A program made the translations under genes and the position numbers. This document shows, piece by piece, positions 1 to 8,865 of a DNA stretch of 64,000 nucleotides. Source of the DNA: a virus. The notes under the pieces are model-generated. The model was not told where the DNA came from. It was given only the letters and a program-made list of their open reading frames with translations, and did no database searches. Each line of letters begins with the position of its first letter. Position 1 is the stretch's first letter. The DNA lies in the IMG/VR virus record IMGVR_UViG_3300017758_000003, positions 14,044-78,043 of that record; one strand, written 5' to 3'.

Positions 1-5
1 CTATC

Positions 6-233
6 CTATGATAACATCTCGACATTTAATTCTTTTACGAGTTCCCTAACTTGTTCTTGGGTTAATTGAATATGTGCATGTGGTAATCCGTATTTGTCTA
101 CGTCGGGTTGAATATTAATTTGCACCATAACACCATTCTCTCCACCACTAAAGCGAGTTAATTTAATTTCTGATTCGTTGTAACCAAAATCCGTTTCCTT
201 ACGACCTTTGATTGTTTTTAGTTCTGTTGACAT
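6..233 (-). CDS. small early hypothetical protein
   Basis: 75-aa ORF with its own host-type promoter (TTTG-N20-TATCTTTA, ~249-280 minus strand). Confidence 0.75.
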   Translation of the reverse strand: MSTELKTIKGRKETDFGYNESEIKLTRFSGGENGVMVQINIQPDVDKYGLPHAHIQLTQEQVRELVKELNVEMLS

Positions 234-557
234 AATTTATATTTTGTATAAAGATATGAAACTTTTTCTATTATACCAAATTTAAGTTATCTATGTTTGC
301 CAATTACATTACTTGATACCCATTCCCGCGGAGGGTTCTTTACCAGGTGCAGCTGCAGTTTTTTAACTGGTGAAGTTGCATGGTCCTAGCAATGATTTTA
401 ATTGGCAAAAGATTTACTCTGATAATCAACAAGTTACGTTCCCTAATAGTATGGCATGTTGTGCTAGGTGATCACAGCGCTGGTCCAGTATGGATTATAA
501 TTGGCACAAGATCGTACAGAAGACTGGCGAACATGTCTTCAAGAAACTTATCGGCAT

Positions 558-636
558 AAAAAAACCCCCACCATTTCTGATAGGGGTTAATTTTCGTTTC
601 ACATAAATAGACCGATTAAACCTTTGGTTTAACCTA
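558..636 (-). ncRNA. candidate early small RNA (~80 nt)
   Basis: Promoter at 641-672, 5' hairpin TTAAACC-AAA-GGTTTAA, GAAA-loop terminator with U-tract; no ORF. Confidence 0.5.
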
Positions 637-640
637 TGAA

Positions 641-672
641 CAAATATATAACACTATTATATAATAAACAAA
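641..672 (-). promoter_or_regulatory. Bacteroidota housekeeping-type promoter (-33/-7)
   Basis: TTTG-N20-TATATTTG on the minus strand. Confidence 0.75.
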
Positions 673-810
673 CTCTTTATAGTGTTATTTTATGTGCCGA
701 TTAATATCTGACCTGAGACACGGGTGATGAAACGAACGAGAAGTTCGTATAATAAAAAAACCCACTCTGTGAGAAGTGAGTTTTATTTGGTCTACTTATG
801 TTCGATATTA

Positions 811-1050
811 TCAACTTGCAATTAACGAATATCTATTCATACTTTCTAATTCGACATCATATCCAAAACCAATTCGGTTTGTAATACGTTGTCCAAGTCC
901 TCGAGTACATTGAATTTCTTCTAATGGTGTACCAAGATGTTTTTTAACGAATTTATTTAAATTGTTTACGTTGAAGTGATGTTTACATCTACTATTATCA
1001 ACGATAGTAAGGGTGTACCCCCTACGAGTTTTTGTTAGGTAACCTTTCAT
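811..1050 (-). CDS. early hypothetical protein
   Basis: 79-aa ORF between a host-type promoter (~1080-1111) and a terminator (754-784). Confidence 0.75.
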   Translation of the reverse strand: MKGYLTKTRRGYTLTIVDNSRCKHHFNVNNLNKFVKKHLGTPLEEIQCTRGLGQRITNRIGFGYDVELESMNRYSLIAS

Positions 1051-1258
1051 GACATTTTATTTTAGTGATTAACATACCACCAATGTAATACATTCTTTTT
1101 ATATAACCAAATTAATGTGATACTTTTTTATTAACAAAGTTATTAGAGTCTAATTTATCTTCCCCTGCAGGTCCTAGATATTCTATTCGGCAGATCCTGC
1201 CAATTAGTTTGAAGTTATTTTTATTTAAGTTTATTTTATTTTTTATTTTTCGAGTATA

Positions 1259-1287
1259 AAAAAACCCCTCTCTTTCGAGGGGGGTAA
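1259..1287 (-). terminator. intrinsic terminator
   Basis: ACCCCTCTC-loop-GAGGGGGGT hairpin with an A-run on the plus strand, downstream of the 1318-1794 gene. Confidence 0.7.
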
Positions 1288-1317
1288 TTAACAAGTAACA
1301 GAAAAGTTTGAAAACTA

Positions 1318-1794
1318 TTACTCTATTTCATACTTAACACCTTTGTAAGTTATACTTTTTATGTTGTCAAGTTTGATAGTCATAACATTGACATCACGAC
1401 TTTGGTAAGTCGGTAAGTAGGTTTCAAAATCATCTTTAAAAATTTCGTTCCCATTAAATTCGTAGTCATTAGAAGTATGGACATTTTCAAACCCCTCAAT
1501 CATTAGGTATTTGTTATCGTTGTTTCTATGTTTAACTACACAATCTGAAATGTGTTCAAACCAATTTTCTTTTACCTCAAAAGTAGGGTTGGTTTTTTGT
1601 TTCCTTTTTTCATAATCGGGTAACAAACGAACATTCTTTTTTGATGTTTTAAAAACCTTATCAAAATAAGGGTTGTTTTTTTTGTTCATCTTTACTTTGG
1701 TTAAAGTAACCAAGTTAATGAAATCTCCTTTTTCAAAAGAAGTTGTCAATCTCTCAAGTTCATTTTGATTGATTGTTGATACTGATTTTTTCAT
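1318..1794 (-). CDS. early hypothetical phage protein
   Basis: 158-aa ORF with promoter TTTG-N20-TATATTTG upstream. Confidence 0.85.
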   Translation of the reverse strand: MKKSVSTINQNELERLTTSFEKGDFINLVTLTKVKMNKKNNPYFDKVFKTSKKNVRLLPDYEKRKQKTNPTFEVKENWFEHISDCVVKHRNNDNKYLMIEGFENVHTSNDYEFNGNEIFKDDFETYLPTYQSRDVNVMTIKLDNIKSITYKGVKYEIE

Positions 1795-1826
1795 AATTTG
1801 TTTTGTTTTATGTGATTAACTATACT

Positions 1827-1858
1827 CAAATATAACACTTTTTATCTGTTACAACAAA
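1827..1858 (-). promoter_or_regulatory. Bacteroidota housekeeping-type promoter
   Basis: TTTG-ttgtaacagataaaaagtgt-TATATTTG. Confidence 0.75.
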
Positions 1859-2123
1859 ATATAATGAAGTTTTTTTTATATTTCTCTGCCGACTAATTTG
1901 TCAAGAGACCCACTGTCCGTCGTCTACTTGAAGTAGATGAGATGTACGGGTAACATTTCATTGGGCAGTGCCGATTACATTAGGGAAGGATGCATGGTGA
2001 AGGTTTCATTGGGCAGTGCCAATTAGATTAAGACAGGGACGGTGAACCTTCAGTCGTATTAGGGAATAAAAAAACCCCCACAATTTCTGCGGGGGAATCA
2101 AAACAAATTAACTAAACTAACTA

Positions 2124-2258
2124 CTAAACATTCCAAACAATACTAACGATTGTTCTTATCACAAAGTAAGAGAACGACAAACCAATTATCCACCAACATA
2201 AGTTGTCAAATTTATCACTCTCTAACCAAGTGGTTATTTTTTCTAATTTCTCTTCCAT
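2124..2258 (-). CDS. small single-pass membrane protein (44 aa, not in ORF track)
   Basis: MEEKLEKITTWLESDKFDNLCWWIIGLSFSYFVIRTIVSIVWNV*; overlaps the end of 2243-2434 and is followed by a terminator at 2068-2097. Confidence 0.65.
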   Translation of the reverse strand: MEEKLEKITTWLESDKFDNLCWWIIGLSFSYFVIRTIVSIVWNV

Positions 2259-2434
2259 GATAATCTATACTTTTGAATTTGAAATTTAACGTATGAATAC
2301 AAACAATATACTAAGGTTGAATAGAACATTACCAAACAAGTTGCCCAAAAACCAAACAACAATAACATTCCAATTCCATTTTCATTCGTTTCTAAAACGA
2401 ATATGTCTACTAACGATTTAATACTTTCTAACAT
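2243..2434 (-). CDS. small membrane protein
   Basis: One hydrophobic segment; promoter TTTG-N19-TATATTTG at ~2471-2501. Confidence 0.7.
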   Translation of the reverse strand: MLESIKSLVDIFVLETNENGIGMLLLFGFWATCLVMFYSTLVYCLYSYVKFQIQKYRLSWKRN

Positions 2435-2743
2435 AACTTTTTTTTTAAGTGTTTATAAATGATTACATAACAAATATAATAATAATACTTGTATACCCAA
2501 AACAAATCAATATAAAGTTTGAACATAATCTGCCGAATACATTAGGGAAGGATGCATGGTGTGCCTCGGTCACACAGCAACTTCTTCTTCTGATCGCACA
2601 GTGAGTCTGCTGTTGTATTCTATTTGGCACTTGCCAATTACATTAAGGGAGGATGCATGGTGATTCGTGATCAAGAAGAATATGGTATGAGTTATATGGT
2701 GGAGTCGAAGTTACCATCTCAGGATCTGCTATTGTAATTGGCA

Positions 2744-2975
2744 CCCCTCCCCACTATATAGGGGTATAGGGGGACCCCCCTGCAGGTACCCCCTCCCGTA
2801 TCCCCCCTTAATATAGGGTATTTTCGTACTCTGTACAGGGGGGTCAATGCCCTGAGTGAAATTTTTGGCAATTTTTTAGGGAAAATCGACTTTTTTTTTT
2901 CTCGGGGGGTAAAAAACCTCTATAGGGTAAAAGGGGTCATTTATGAAAATAAAAATTTTGCCAATTTTTCGGGGA
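2744..2975. other. G/C-homopolymer-rich non-coding element at the strand switch (candidate origin, packaging site or terminus)
   Basis: Dense C/G runs, palindrome CCTGCAGG, alternating A/T tracts; genes switch from minus to plus strand here. Confidence 0.4.
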
Positions 2976-2977
2976 AT

Positions 2978-3006
2978 TTGACTATCAACAATAAATTATG
3001 TATGTT
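2978..3006 (+). promoter_or_regulatory. sigma70-like promoter
   Basis: TTGACT-N17-TATGTT. Confidence 0.6.
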
Positions 3007-3028
3007 ATCTAATGTAAAAAAGAATGAT

Positions 3029-3313
3029 ATGGTAAAATGGATGAGTAAAGAAGAGGAAGAATTAAATGAGATAATTTGTACATCAACAAGAGAAGGATTC
3101 TTATCGTTTTTAGAAGATACTACTCAAAGATATGTGGATTCTATAGATACATTAGACGAACTTAGTGTTGTTGCCTTGTTATTGGCGGTAAGAATGGGTC
3201 AGTATGAGGAAGATGAAGATTATGAGATTTGTTCAATTGTAAAGGAGAAGATGGATATGATAGATAAACACGGGATGAAACTATTAAAACAAAAGGAAGA
3301 TGAAAAAAATTAA
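3029..3313 (+). CDS. hypothetical protein with UVR-like C-terminal motif
   Basis: YEEDEDYEICSIVKEKM; start moved downstream because the track's TTG is the -35 box. Confidence 0.7.
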   Translation: MVKWMSKEEEELNEIICTSTREGFLSFLEDTTQRYVDSIDTLDELSVVALLLAVRMGQYEEDEDYEICSIVKEKMDMIDKHGMKLLKQKEDEKN

Positions 3314-3434
3314 GTGGGACGTATTGTTTACGTGGATAGTTATATTCGGAATTACTTATTTCATATGGAGTTCTTTATTCTCAATAATGTTCGGGCTTGT
3401 AAATTTCCCAACTATAAACATTCCTTTAAGTTAA
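3300..3434 (+). CDS. small membrane protein (44 aa, not in track)
   Basis: MKKIKWDVLFTWIVIFGITYFIWSSLFSIMFGLVNFPTINIPLS*. Confidence 0.55.
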   Translation: MKKIKWDVLFTWIVIFGITYFIWSSLFSIMFGLVNFPTINIPLS

Positions 3435-3859
3435 GAGAATATCTCTTTTAGATCTGAAATAAATTCAAACTCCAATCCCATAAGGTTCAATAGGTAGTTT
3501 AATAGTATCAGTATTATTACTCCTATGATTAATTGTACTATTATGGTTTGTCTATTTAACCATTTTATCCATAGGGTGTTTTGTGTCCATACTACATATC
3601 GTTTCCACCATTTGGTTTTCTCCATCTTCTCAATTGACTTTTCCTGTAAGTAAGATGATGGGTTTAATATATTACCTATGGTTTCCATTACATACTTGAA
3701 ATGTTTTGTGAATACTATAGGGATGTAGATAAATGGGATCATCATTATTATTAGTCCTAAGAAGAATAACCCTATTGTATCTTGGTATTCTATTAGTATT
3801 AGGTTACCCACCGCAAAGGGTACCACTGTCCATAATGTATGTTTTATCCATTTTTTCAT
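3431..3859 (-). CDS. membrane protein
   Basis: Three hydrophobic segments; start overlaps the GT25 stop. Confidence 0.75.
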   Translation of the reverse strand: MKKWIKHTLWTVVPFAVGNLILIEYQDTIGLFFLGLIIMMIPFIYIPIVFTKHFKYVMETIGNILNPSSYLQEKSIEKMEKTKWWKRYVVWTQNTLWIKWLNRQTIIVQLIIGVIILILLNYLLNLMGLEFEFISDLKEIFS

Positions 3860-4788
3860 ATTAATCCATTCCCTTTTAATTTAACCCACTTCCAAGTTAC
3901 TCCCCATTTCTTATACTCCCTTAATTTCCTATCACAATATTTGTACATAAGTTCAGAGGTATGACTCCAAGGTTGTGGTAATACCTTCGTGAAATGTCTA
4001 TTCACTTGGGATGTTGTACTATAAATAAAGTCAGGATGTGTTTTATCATCTTGTGAGAATCCTGAATCCCATGTAGTTCCTTCAGTATCTAACATATGAG
4101 CTTGTTGAGATATGTAAGAGAAGTATGGGGAATATACATAAGGGAAGACCCCTCTCATTCTTGGTCCTAAGGTATCTAAGTATAAATCAACTGGCATGTT
4201 GATCTTATAGTCCTCCCTAATCTTCCATAGAACTGAACGGTCCAAGATGTATGCGTGTGCACCAATACCATCAAATGGATTGGGTTTTTGTAATGAATCT
4301 GTATATTTCTCTCCCTGTATCTGTTGTGTCGTTCTTCCAACCCACATAATATCAGAATAATATTTCTCTGAGTCGTCTATAAACTTCTTATAGTCTCCAC
4401 TGAATATATGTTCACATAACTCAGGAGATGGTCTTGCATCATCCTCTAAGAATAATACTTTCCTACCTTCAACATTCTCCCATGCAAATTCCCATGCTTT
4501 CCTATGGGCAAGTGCAATACCTATCATATTCTCTGTAAGTCCAAAGTGTTCATAGTCGTGCCATTCCCCATTTAAGGTTCCATCACTTAAAAGTTCCTCA
4601 ACATCAAAGTCCTTTGGAAATACCGAATCTGAGAATACATAATCAAACCCCTCAAAGGAACTCCATGCCTTTATGAAGTCCTCTTTTCTCTTTTTGTTGT
4701 TTGGGTCAGTAATAACCACCGCTGATGATGCACCAAAGTTTCTTAAATGTACCTTGTGATACTTTACTTTACTTTTTTTCTTCGACAT
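3856..4788 (-). CDS. glycosyltransferase family 25-like
   Basis: GIALAHRKAW, LFLEDDA, GAHAYIL and PVDLYL motifs. Confidence 0.8.
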   Translation of the reverse strand: MSKKKSKVKYHKVHLRNFGASSAVVITDPNNKKRKEDFIKAWSSFEGFDYVFSDSVFPKDFDVEELLSDGTLNGEWHDYEHFGLTENMIGIALAHRKAWEFAWENVEGRKVLFLEDDARPSPELCEHIFSGDYKKFIDDSEKYYSDIMWVGRTTQQIQGEKYTDSLQKPNPFDGIGAHAYILDRSVLWKIREDYKINMPVDLYLDTLGPRMRGVFPYVYSPYFSYISQQAHMLDTEGTTWDSGFSQDDKTHPDFIYSTTSQVNRHFTKVLPQPWSHTSELMYKYCDRKLREYKKWGVTWKWVKLKGNGLI

Positions 4789-5020
4789 CTAACATATCCT
4801 GTGTGAATTCATCAACCATGTTCTCCACTTCTTTCTTACCCCCCTTAGTTCTCATATCTACACTCTTACCTCTTCTCGATGCAAGTTCTACAAGTATAAT
4901 GAGTAAAAAAACCTCGGGTATTATAATCTCCCATTCCATTCCTGTTTTCTTCATCGAAATGGTGATCACCACATAAGAGAAGAAACGGATCTTTTTAATA
5001 AAATTGATTAAACGTTTCAT
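4769..5020 (-). CDS. hypothetical protein
   Basis: 83-aa ORF, first gene of the operon. Confidence 0.6.
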   Translation of the reverse strand: MKRLINFIKKIRFFSYVVITISMKKTGMEWEIIIPEVFLLIILVELASRRGKSVDMRTKGGKKEVENMVDEFTQDMLDVEEKK

Positions 5021-5063
5021 ATACTTAAATTATACAGATAAATACTTATAAAATAAAGTCGTT

Positions 5064-5753
5064 ATGTATAAACATGTTTGTTCTTTTGGTACCATTTGTC
5101 ACACCGCAAGGTTTATGCAACGTATCCACCTAAAAAAGGAGTCCTATCCCTTTGATTGGACATTTTCTGATGAAACTATTATAAGTGACTGTCTTGAGGA
5201 TCGTTTTGAAAAGTTTTTGGACAAATCATACTATACTGATGTTAAAAACGACTTCCATGAGTTTAATTGTGGACATACTCACTATCACGAAGATTTCTTC
5301 TTCCATAAAGATCCACGTAGAGATGATCACTATCAGTACTATAAAAGATGTGTTGATCGTTTTAATACTATGTGTGAATCACATAATAGAAAGTTATTCG
5401 TTGTTTTGTTTTCCCCCGAAATTACAAAACACCCCTTAAGTCTCTCTAAGATAGTTGAGAGTGGTTCAGATAAACAAACTATTATTGAGGACATGAAACG
5501 TAGGGGACGTATCATTAATAACTCCTTATCTAACTATACAACTAACTATAAGTTATGTGTTGTTATGAACTTTGGTGATAATGAAGTTCAGACTTATGAT
5601 CTTCAGGTTGATGGTTGTGTAGACTTTCTTACTCTTAATACCATTTCCCCCTCGCAAGGTGTAACATTTTCAGGAGGTTGGAGTACGAACCAACATCCAG
5701 ACAATTATTATATGTCAGGTTTATTTACAGAACTATACAGACTAACTCTCTAA
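5064..5753 (+). CDS. DUF1796-like putative papain-like cysteine peptidase
   Basis: SFGTICHTA...KKESYPFDW N-terminal signature and a Y.R...RF motif. Confidence 0.75.
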   Translation: MYKHVCSFGTICHTARFMQRIHLKKESYPFDWTFSDETIISDCLEDRFEKFLDKSYYTDVKNDFHEFNCGHTHYHEDFFFHKDPRRDDHYQYYKRCVDRFNTMCESHNRKLFVVLFSPEITKHPLSLSKIVESGSDKQTIIEDMKRRGRIINNSLSNYTTNYKLCVVMNFGDNEVQTYDLQVDGCVDFLTLNTISPSQGVTFSGGWSTNQHPDNYYMSGLFTELYRLTL

Positions 5754-5816
5754 CCTCTTCTGACCCTTCGGGGTACCGTCGGATGACCACTTCGTGGGAT
5801 TGAAATATTTATTTGT

Positions 5817-6545
5817 GTGAGATTAGTATGGACATATAGTAGAGATTTTAAAAGAGGTAGTCTTAATAATAAATCTGAAGAAGAGTACATACAATGGTTA
5901 TTTAAGAAATCCATCACATCCTCCCCCGACATTTATGAAAAGATAATCTATACTGATAAGGAGAACGTAGGACTGTTTAAGGATATAGTAGACAAAATTA
6001 TAATACGAGAGAAGAAAGACTTCATTTTTCTTGCCGATCTAAAGTTTGATGTTTCAGAGTTACTACAAGGTGAGTTCTTGATATTGGATGGTGATTTAGT
6101 TATAAATAAACCCCTTATTATCCCCCCGTGTGATTTTGCATTTGAATACCAAGGTAAAATAAAACCAAAAGTAAAAGAATTACATAACATACTTCTTAGT
6201 GAGGGAGTGTCAGATAAAGTTCCTGTATGGGGAACTAACAATGATTACTACTATAACTTAGGTTTAATGTACTTTAATAATGATTTGTTAAAGGAAAAAC
6301 TTTTGTATGAGTATAGATCCACTCAAAACTACTTTATCGAACATATAGAACCTAAGTACGGGTTTAATAAAAGAAATATACAGTTTTCCGCGTGTGGGTC
6401 ACAAATCTTAGTAAAACAATTTGAACTAAACAACGAGTGTAATATAGAAGAACTCAAACATGACAATGTAGATAGTTTTACACACTACGGACACCTAAAG
6501 AAATTCGATTTAATGAATGAGTTTAGACCTAATAAATTAATTTAA
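5817..6545 (+). CDS. glycosyltransferase-like protein
   Basis: IIYTD, LILDGDLVI (DxD), YNLGLM and terminal FTHY, typical of GT-A-like phage proteins. Confidence 0.6.
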   Translation: MRLVWTYSRDFKRGSLNNKSEEEYIQWLFKKSITSSPDIYEKIIYTDKENVGLFKDIVDKIIIREKKDFIFLADLKFDVSELLQGEFLILDGDLVINKPLIIPPCDFAFEYQGKIKPKVKELHNILLSEGVSDKVPVWGTNNDYYYNLGLMYFNNDLLKEKLLYEYRSTQNYFIEHIEPKYGFNKRNIQFSACGSQILVKQFELNNECNIEELKHDNVDSFTHYGHLKKFDLMNEFRPNKLI

Positions 6546-6593
6546 GTAACGTTATTCTATTTTCCTGATATTTATATAGAAAACCACATTAAA

Positions 6594-7724
6594 ATGAAGA
6601 AAATTAAACTAACAGAATCACAATATAATAAACTTATGTTGAATGAAGGTTCATACGATCAGATCGTAGGACTTATGGGTTCTAAACTTAAATCAGGTGC
6701 AAAAACTTTAAGTAGTACCGACCTATCAAGTATTGCTGATAGTATATATGATGCAATCAAAGGTGTGGGTACTGATGAAGACGCAATTAAAGCGGGGTTT
6801 TCAAAATGTGTCAACCTACATGATGTACAAGCATTAGCAAGAACTTTTCAAAAAAATACAGGAGAATCAATAGTCAGTTGGTTAGATGGTGACATTGATA
6901 GTGAAAATGATTGGAACGTTTATGTCTTAAGACCTATTAGAAACGCATACAACACGTCCAAACAACAAGGACACTTTGAAGCGGTGAAGGTAAGTAAGGT
7001 TGAAGAATCAATCATTGCAAAATTTCCTTGTCTAAAAGATACACCTGGTTATAAATTTTATAAGGAAGATGCTGGTAGAGGTATTCTTTACTTTACTGCA
7101 GATGGTGGAAACTATTATGGTATTAAACCTGATGGAACATTATACCTGTATAGTAGAGACGAAAACAAGTATGTTGCCTTCCCTGAAAAAACTAAATGTG
7201 TCGGTGCACAATATACCTCAATAGATGAATTAAACTTACATAATATTGCAGAGTACGGAGATACTCATGAATATGGTAGTGAAATCGAAGAAGCGGGACT
7301 TAACTTAAACCCAGGTGGTGTTACACCTGAGAAGAAGGAAGATCCTGTTAAAAAAGATGATGAAGTTAAAAAAGATGATGAGGTTAAAACAGACGCAAGT
7401 GCTGGTCAAGAAAAACAACCTGTACAATCAACAACAAGATTAATGACAGGGACTGATGTTTCTGAAATCCAAAAAATGTTACACGACGCAGGTCTTGGTG
7501 ACGTTGTTGGGTCTATTGATGGTAAGTTAGGTAAGAATACTTTAGCAGGAATTAAAGAATTTTTGTTAGGTGCTAATAGAAAGAAGATTGAAGCAATTGC
7601 AAAACTTGAACCTAAAGGAATAGAAAAGATTAAGACTAATGTTACCTCCCCTGAATTAAGAGTGGCGGAATATGGTTCAACACTAAACGAAAGTCAGAAA
7701 AGATTTAAAAGATTAATTCGATAA
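6594..7724 (+). CDS. putative virion protein: leader + annexin repeat + peptidoglycan-binding domain
   Basis: IYDAIKGVGTDEDAIK (annexin KGxGTDE) and VSEIQKML..IDGKLGKNT (PG_binding_1). Confidence 0.75.
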   Translation: MKKIKLTESQYNKLMLNEGSYDQIVGLMGSKLKSGAKTLSSTDLSSIADSIYDAIKGVGTDEDAIKAGFSKCVNLHDVQALARTFQKNTGESIVSWLDGDIDSENDWNVYVLRPIRNAYNTSKQQGHFEAVKVSKVEESIIAKFPCLKDTPGYKFYKEDAGRGILYFTADGGNYYGIKPDGTLYLYSRDENKYVAFPEKTKCVGAQYTSIDELNLHNIAEYGDTHEYGSEIEEAGLNLNPGGVTPEKKEDPVKKDDEVKKDDEVKTDASAGQEKQPVQSTTRLMTGTDVSEIQKMLHDAGLGDVVGSIDGKLGKNTLAGIKEFLLGANRKKIEAIAKLEPKGIEKIKTNVTSPELRVAEYGSTLNESQKRFKRLIR

Positions 7725-8062
7725 TGAAAATAGTTCTTACTGAAACACAATTAAACTCTCTTGTTGAGACTGATTATGAAGCATACGTCAAAACAGTATT
7801 TAAAGACGAAGAGAAATTAAAAGACGAAGTAGATACACACATTTCAGAAGACTCTGAAAAATGTAAGTGTGAATGTAACGAGGATGGGGAAGATTGTAAG
7901 TGTCCACCTGAGTGTGAAGAATGTGACTGTAATGAAAAAGAGTTAGGAGAATGGAATCCGAACGAATCTGTACCAACACAACCTGGTGGTTTAATGCAGG
8001 GAGCAATGTTTCCTAAATGGATACAAGAAAATAAAAACAACTTTAAAAGATTAATTAAATAA
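7724..8062 (+). CDS. leader-bearing protein with Cys-rich cluster
   Basis: MKIVLTETQL leader; CKCECNEDGEDCKCPPECEECDC. Confidence 0.75.
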   Translation: MKIVLTETQLNSLVETDYEAYVKTVFKDEEKLKDEVDTHISEDSEKCKCECNEDGEDCKCPPECEECDCNEKELGEWNPNESVPTQPGGLMQGAMFPKWIQENKNNFKRLIK

Positions 8063-8064
8063 TT

Positions 8065-8295
8065 ATGGCAGACCAAGCATCATCAAGACAAACAACTAAT
8101 GATATTAGAAGTAACCTAACCTATATCAACTCACTAATAGATGCTGAAGCGGCTAAAGGTGGAGAATGTATTGTGGTATCACCACAATATATAACAGACC
8201 CAATGATTAATACACTAGTAAATGCTAAAGGTTACAATGTAACTACAAAATCAGATTCATTGGGATCCTATAAAGAATATAAAATATCGTGGTAA
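8065..8295 (+). CDS. hypothetical protein
   Basis: 76-aa ORF within the operon. Confidence 0.75.
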   Translation: MADQASSRQTTNDIRSNLTYINSLIDAEAAKGGECIVVSPQYITDPMINTLVNAKGYNVTTKSDSLGSYKEYKISW

Positions 8296-8624
8296 TGAAA
8301 AATATTAAACTAACAGAAGAACAATATAACAGACTATTTGAAAAGAAACAAATAGAAGAACAATCGTCGCAACAAGTTACATGGCCACAAATGGATGATG
8401 ATGAAAAAAGGGAATACCTACAAAACTTTACATCTGATTCTGAAAAAATAGAACAAATGTTACGTAGTCCTGAAGATCCTACGAAGGAGTTTGAAGGTAT
8501 GAGTGACGATGGTAGTGTCGGTGACATTTCCGTTGAAAGATCAACACAAGAGATACTCGATGATATAGAGGGGGATGCCGATGAAATTCGACGTTCCATA
8601 GAAATTATAAAATCGAGAATGTAG
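8295..8624 (+). CDS. leader-bearing acidic protein
   Basis: MKNIKLTEEQYNRLFE; followed by a terminator at 8635-8662. Confidence 0.75.
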   Translation: MKNIKLTEEQYNRLFEKKQIEEQSSQQVTWPQMDDDEKREYLQNFTSDSEKIEQMLRSPEDPTKEFEGMSDDGSVGDISVERSTQEILDDIEGDADEIRRSIEIIKSRM

Positions 8625-8706
8625 GTAGGTGGTTAAGAGGGACGTTTGTCCCTCTTTTTTTTGCCCCCTTGACTTCCAAGATAAAATTCCTTACTTTTAG
8701 TATAGA

Positions 8707-8865
8707 ATGAAACAACAATACAAAATCAAAATAACTCCATTATCAGAAGAAAAGTTCTGTTCAGTTAAACCTCATGTAATTGAAATAGAAACAGATAATT
8801 TAGAGTGGAGTATGGACCAATACCAAAGGAATAGAAATCCACTCAAGTGGGAATTAGTAAAGTAG
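8707..8865 (+). CDS. small hypothetical protein (52 aa, not in track)
   Basis: MKQQYKIKIT...WSMDQYQRNRNPLKWELVK*; promoter TTGACT-N17-TACTTT at 8669-8697. Confidence 0.7.
   Translation: MKQQYKIKITPLSEEKFCSVKPHVIEIETDNLEWSMDQYQRNRNPLKWELVK

Larger units (their letters stand above)
298..2967. repeat. dispersed TGCCRAWTA boxes (~15 copies, both orientations) plus 24-bp repeat TACATTAGGGAAGGATGCATGGTG
   Basis: Boxes at 298, 399, 498, 548, 695, 1184, 1198, 1887, 1969, 2017, 2531, 2621, 2632, 2735, 2959. The 24-mer occurs at 1976 and 2538, with a variant at 2639. Confidence 0.85.

Noticed and set aside
1112-1294. 60-aa ORF
   Set aside because: Runs through a terminator and a box-containing spacer; probably spurious.
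1950-2670. CRISPR array from the 24-bp repeats
   Set aside because: Only three copies, irregularly spaced (about 560 and 100 bp) with genes in between; no cas genes.
2978-3028. TTG start of the 111-aa ORF
   Set aside because: The TTG is the -35 hexamer of a TTGACT-N17-TATGTT promoter; a downstream ATG is more plausible.
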